From: Microcoleaceae cyanobacterium
GTDB taxonomy: Bacteria > Cyanobacteriota > Cyanobacteriia > Cyanobacteriales > Microcoleaceae
Assembly: GCA_051652765.1 (NCBI GenBank)
Contig: JBOFUV010000034.1
Location: 156,080-220,079, forward strand
Reading direction: 5' to 3'
DNA length: 64,000 nucleotides
The notes beneath the pieces were generated by a model that saw only the letters and a list, made by a program, of their open reading frames with translations, had not been told where the DNA came from and ran no database searches. Shown here in pieces: positions 60,506 through 64,000 of the stretch. How positions within the stretch are numbered: the first letter of the stretch is position 1; every line of letters begins with the position of its first letter. Both the position numbers and the translations under genes were made by a program.

Positions 60506-61318
60506 TCAAAACAGATAGATATCAATCGGGGTTCCGATTTCACTAGATTCAATACAGTAGCCGTTCCGTTTTGCCCAGGTGACGGCTGACGGTTGCAACA
60601 CCGGATCTTGCAACCAACGGATGGCTTCTTCCAGGGATTGGGGGCTGTTTCTGGGAATACTGCGGGTTTGAGAGGCTTTGGGCATGGGTTTGGCAATTTG
60701 GGCGATCGCGGCTTTCCACTTCTGCTGAAAGTCTTGATCAATCGGAATATTAACTGAAAAGTCGGGATCAACCTGAGGAGTTTCTCTTTGGCTGGTTTCA
60801 TGGGCGGGGACAAGTTGGGGAGAATGTCCCAACTCCAATTTGGGGCGTTCTGAATTCAATTGAGGTTGAACCTGCAATGATTTTAAGTCTGGGTCAGGGG
60901 CAATCATGAGTTCCTCGGGTTTGTAGCAAATTGCGGCTGTTTTACTTAAAATTTCTTGCTGTTCAGGTTCGGGAATCTCTATTCCGGCCTCTAGCCTCTC
61001 CTGTACGGCCTGTAGATGTTGTTTACAAATGCGGGCATAGGTTTCCCAGTCAATCACTAGGCGTTCGGGACGGGAGACATAGTGTTTGAAGACCTCGCCG
61101 ATGACCTCCTCCAAATGCATCTCTTTGAAGCCAAAGTTAACACTTTTTTGCCATTGCTTGGCCTTCCATCGTAGCAAGCCCAGATGGAGTTGTCCTTGTT
61201 CATTCAGCCAGGGGCCCGCCGGAATTAGATATTTCGGGCGGGGTGTGGGGGGACGAATGCCGAGGGCACTGTCATAGATTTTGCTTTGGTTGTCCATGAG
61301 GGAGGTCAACATACGCAT
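60506..61318 (-). CDS. Hypothetical protein
   Basis: 270-aa ORF with no overlap of strong genes; conserved-looking PAGPWL..G.L and H...PERL..DW..Y segments. Confidence 0.65.
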   Translation of the reverse strand: MRMLTSLMDNQSKIYDSALGIRPPTPRPKYLIPAGPWLNEQGQLHLGLLRWKAKQWQKSVNFGFKEMHLEEVIGEVFKHYVSRPERLVIDWETYARICKQHLQAVQERLEAGIEIPEPEQQEILSKTAAICYKPEELMIAPDPDLKSLQVQPQLNSERPKLELGHSPQLVPAHETSQRETPQVDPDFSVNIPIDQDFQQKWKAAIAQIAKPMPKASQTRSIPRNSPQSLEEAIRWLQDPVLQPSAVTWAKRNGYCIESSEIGTPIDIYLF

Positions 61319-61395
61319 TAGTCTTGATGTTTTATTCTACTAAAGAATCAGTTATCCTCACAATCATAGTGCAAATAATGCAATCAGAGAAAATC

Positions 61396-61415
61396 AAACA
61401 CTACATCTAGTGTTT
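61396..61415. promoter_or_regulatory. NrdR-box-like palindrome
   Basis: AAACACTA-CATC-TAGTGTTT; core ACACTACATCTAGTGT fits acaCwAtATaTwGtgt. Confidence 0.55.
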
Positions 61416-61729
61416 TCGAGGGTGGGTTGAGGGTGCGGCTCTTTGGCCTGAGACAGGGCTTGAACTGGAGATCAACTTTTTTCCTACTGTCCTACTGTCC
61501 TATTTTTTAGTTCCTGGAGGAGCATTCTCGATCAACTTTGAGACATTTAGAATCTTAAAAAATTTTAAAAAAAAATTTAAAATATAGAGAAATTTAAAAT
61601 ATAGAGACGAATGAGGCGGGATGAGAGCATGATTTTAGAGCAACATCCAAAAGTTTGCTGATTATTCTGATTTCTCGTAAATTGACCCGTAAAATGGAAG
61701 GTAAAGCTTTACTAAGGTGAAAGATTAAA

Positions 61730-62578
61730 ATGACAGCGGTAGGCCCATTAGCATCTTGCGCTCAACCTGAGGACAAGCTGAGGTTTCTTGCCCCTGTCTC
61801 TCCCAAGCCAGAGCTACCTTTATTTGTCTATTTGCCTGGCATGGATGGAACTGGAGAGTTGTTCTACACCCAAACTCCCAAGCTGGCTTCGAGAGTTGAT
61901 ATTCGTTGCCTACGGATACCTCCAAATGACCGTTCTGATTGGAGTGCGCTGGTTGCTGGAACGATTCGGTTGATCAAAGCAGAACTCAACCAGCGGGAAA
62001 ATTCTCAAGTTTATCTCTGTGGTGAGTCTTTCGGTGGATGCTTGAGTCTAAAACTAGCCCTAGAAGCTCCTGAACTGCTCAGTTATCTGATTTTGATTAA
62101 TCCAGCGTCTTCGTTTAGACATAATCTCTGGGTTCAATGGGGGTCTTGCCTGACGCAGTGGATTCCCCAGTTGTTTTATTCCAGCTCGGTCTTGGGATTG
62201 TTGCCACTCCTGGCCTCCTTGGGGCACATCGCTCCCCGTGAACGCCAAGCCTTGATTGGAGCCATGCGTTCAGTGCCTCAAGCAACCTCTGTGTGGCGCA
62301 TGGACTTATTGCGGGGGTTTGAGCGGGATATCAAGCGATTGGGTCAACTCCAGATCCCAACCTTGGTGATTGCTGGAAAACGGGATTTACTCCTGCCTTC
62401 GATCATAGAAGCTGAACTTTTAGCTCAATGTTTACCTAATGTCCAGACAGCTATTTTGCCCCAAAGTGGTCATGCCTGTCTGTTAGAGGCCCATGTTGAC
62501 CTCTATGAAATCTTGCAGAAATATCAAGTGTTAGTGGATACTCAAGCCCTTGCCTCTGATTTACTAGAAGCGGTTTAG
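61730..62578 (+). CDS. Alpha/beta fold hydrolase (esterase/lipase, similar to the hydrolase domain of ELT/phytyl ester synthases)
   Basis: LPGMDGTG, GESFGG nucleophile elbow, NPASSF, D.LLPS, SGHACLLE. Confidence 0.85.
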   Translation: MTAVGPLASCAQPEDKLRFLAPVSPKPELPLFVYLPGMDGTGELFYTQTPKLASRVDIRCLRIPPNDRSDWSALVAGTIRLIKAELNQRENSQVYLCGESFGGCLSLKLALEAPELLSYLILINPASSFRHNLWVQWGSCLTQWIPQLFYSSSVLGLLPLLASLGHIAPRERQALIGAMRSVPQATSVWRMDLLRGFERDIKRLGQLQIPTLVIAGKRDLLLPSIIEAELLAQCLPNVQTAILPQSGHACLLEAHVDLYEILQKYQVLVDTQALASDLLEAV

Positions 62579-62742
62579 ATCTTTTAGGGGGATGATCGTA
62601 GGGATTGAGGCTAAAGCTGGAAAATGGCGGTAATAATAGCTGAAGAGTGTTGCTAACTTTCCTGGAAAATGACAAACTAGGGGTTCAAGGTTCAAGCGGC
62701 AAGGTTTAAGCGGCAAGGTTCAAGTACAACGGGTCAGTACAG

Positions 62743-63672
62743 TTGGCACAAATGGTAGTATCTTCTTCTGAGACTGGATTGGCTTCCCAGATCATCAATA
62801 GAATTCTGGCCGTTGAACCCCTGGCAAATTGGGCCAAGAATCAAGCTCGACAGATGATGATACAGCGGGCCGAGAAACTGGGAATTTCTTGGAGTCAAGA
62901 AGCACAAACCCTTCTCAGTCGGGATTGGAACCTAGAATTCTCTCAAATGAGTCATCCCGATCTCACTTACCCTGATTATTATCTCAAGCCTTTCCATGCC
63001 TATGCAGCGGGCAATTTGAGTTGGCAAGCCGCAGCAGAAGTGGAAGTGGCCGCAAAGGCGGTTCATGCCAAAATCTGGCCGGAGGCTGGGATTGCAGGAG
63101 ATACAAAACTGCGACAGAGTTATAACGAGGTGCTGCAAACGGAACTGACTCAGGAACCGCAAGATATTTTAGATCTAGGATGTGGCGTGGGATTGAGTAC
63201 ATTCGCTCTGCAAAGGCTCTACCCTCAAGCCATAATCACAGGGTTGGATCTCTCCCCTTATTTTTTGGCGATCGCCCTTTACAGAAGCCAAACTTGGGAT
63301 CTGCCGACTCCAACTTGGGTACATGCGGCGGCGGAGTCAACGGGGCTATTGGATCAATCTTTTGACCTAGTGTCCCTCTGTTTGGTCTGTCACGAACTTC
63401 CCCAGACTGCCACTCAAGCCATTTTCCAGGAGGCGAAGCGATTATTGCGTCCTGGTGGGTATTTAGCAATTATGGACATGAACCCTCAGTCCAAAGTCCT
63501 GACTCAAATGCCCCCCTATGTATTAACCCTGTTGAAAAGCACTGAACCGTATTTGGATCAGTATCTGAGCTTGAACATTGAGCAAGCTTTGATTAAAGCT
63601 GGCTTTAATCCTAGAAAAATCAGCCTAAACAGCCCACGACATCGCACGATTCTTGCTAGGGTCACTCGATAG
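62743..63672 (+). CDS. Class I SAM-dependent methyltransferase
   Basis: YPDYY..PFHAY..GNL, LDLGCGVG, GLDLSP, HELP, LRPGG, TEPY. Confidence 0.88.
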   Translation: MAQMVVSSSETGLASQIINRILAVEPLANWAKNQARQMMIQRAEKLGISWSQEAQTLLSRDWNLEFSQMSHPDLTYPDYYLKPFHAYAAGNLSWQAAAEVEVAAKAVHAKIWPEAGIAGDTKLRQSYNEVLQTELTQEPQDILDLGCGVGLSTFALQRLYPQAIITGLDLSPYFLAIALYRSQTWDLPTPTWVHAAAESTGLLDQSFDLVSLCLVCHELPQTATQAIFQEAKRLLRPGGYLAIMDMNPQSKVLTQMPPYVLTLLKSTEPYLDQYLSLNIEQALIKAGFNPRKISLNSPRHRTILARVTR

Positions 63673-63737
63673 AGCGGTGAACTCCTGTTGACTTCTAAGG
63701 TTTGCTTCCTAGAACCAACCAAGTCCTGGGAATCAGA

Positions 63738-64000
63738 TTAAGCTGCAACAGAATGTTCATCTGGCTTCGCAAAAATCATGCGACCTGCCGAAGTTTGCAA
63801 AGAACTGGTGACAACAACTCGCACCTGATCCCCAACGTATTCACTCCCGGACTCGACTACGACCATTGTGCCGTCATCTAGATAGCCAACTCCCTGGGAA
63901 GGTTCTTTGCCTTCCTTGCGAATTTTTAAATCAATGATGTCTCCAGGTAGATAGTTCGGTCGAACAGCCTGAACAAGATCATTAATATTCAACACAGAAA
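63738..64000 (-). CDS. PIN/TRAM-domain protein (YacL/Ycf81-like), C-terminal part only
   Basis: LNINDL...[39 protein letters not shown]; truncated by window edge. Confidence 0.88.
   Translation of the reverse strand, partial: SVLNINDLVQAVRPNYLPGDIIDLKIRKEGKEPSQGVGYLDDGTMVVVESGSEYVGDQVRVVVTSSLQTSAGRMIFAKPDEHSVAA

Larger units (their letters stand above)
1..64000. repeat. HIP1 octamer GCGATCGC dispersed throughout
   Basis: About 40+ copies counted by eye (e.g. 25023, 26279, 27612, 29523); cyanobacterial hallmark. Confidence 0.95.

Noticed and set aside
1..64000. tRNA, rRNA and transposase genes
   Set aside because: None recognised by eye in intergenic regions or the ORF track; a covariance search could still find weak cases

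Overview
Chromosomal window from a cyanobacterium: HIP1 octamer GCGATCGC occurs about 40+ times by eye, and ntcA, crtH, cruP, ycf29 and guaB3 are present. Most of it is housekeeping and metabolic genes (mltG, proB, upp, crtH, treS, malQ, ispE, rsmA, natFGH, ntcA, fabI, pdhC, aas, pfkA, metG). The standout is a ~6.2-kb accessory block (23694-29903) built like a single very large integron gene cassette. It starts at an attI-like core site (GTTATGCCGCC) and ends in a well-formed attC whose R'' arm (GGCGGCATAAC) is the exact reverse complement of that start. No integrase gene lies in the window. The cargo is a reverse-oriented, translationally coupled operon: an N6-methylase with an apparently degenerate nuclease domain, a specificity subunit, MNT-HEPN and UPF0175-DUF3368 toxin-antitoxin pairs, an XRE-HTH protein and a Cys-rich unknown. 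Other notable items are an unannotated IsaR1-like sRNA between upp and crtH, a TreS fusion whose maltokinase domain lacks the catalytic Asp, an NrdR-box-like palindrome upstream of an orphan gene, a DUF1400-hydrolase-solute-binding fusion, and many 13-17 bp tandem duplications at gene boundaries. All calls come from motif recognition by eye; no database searches were run.
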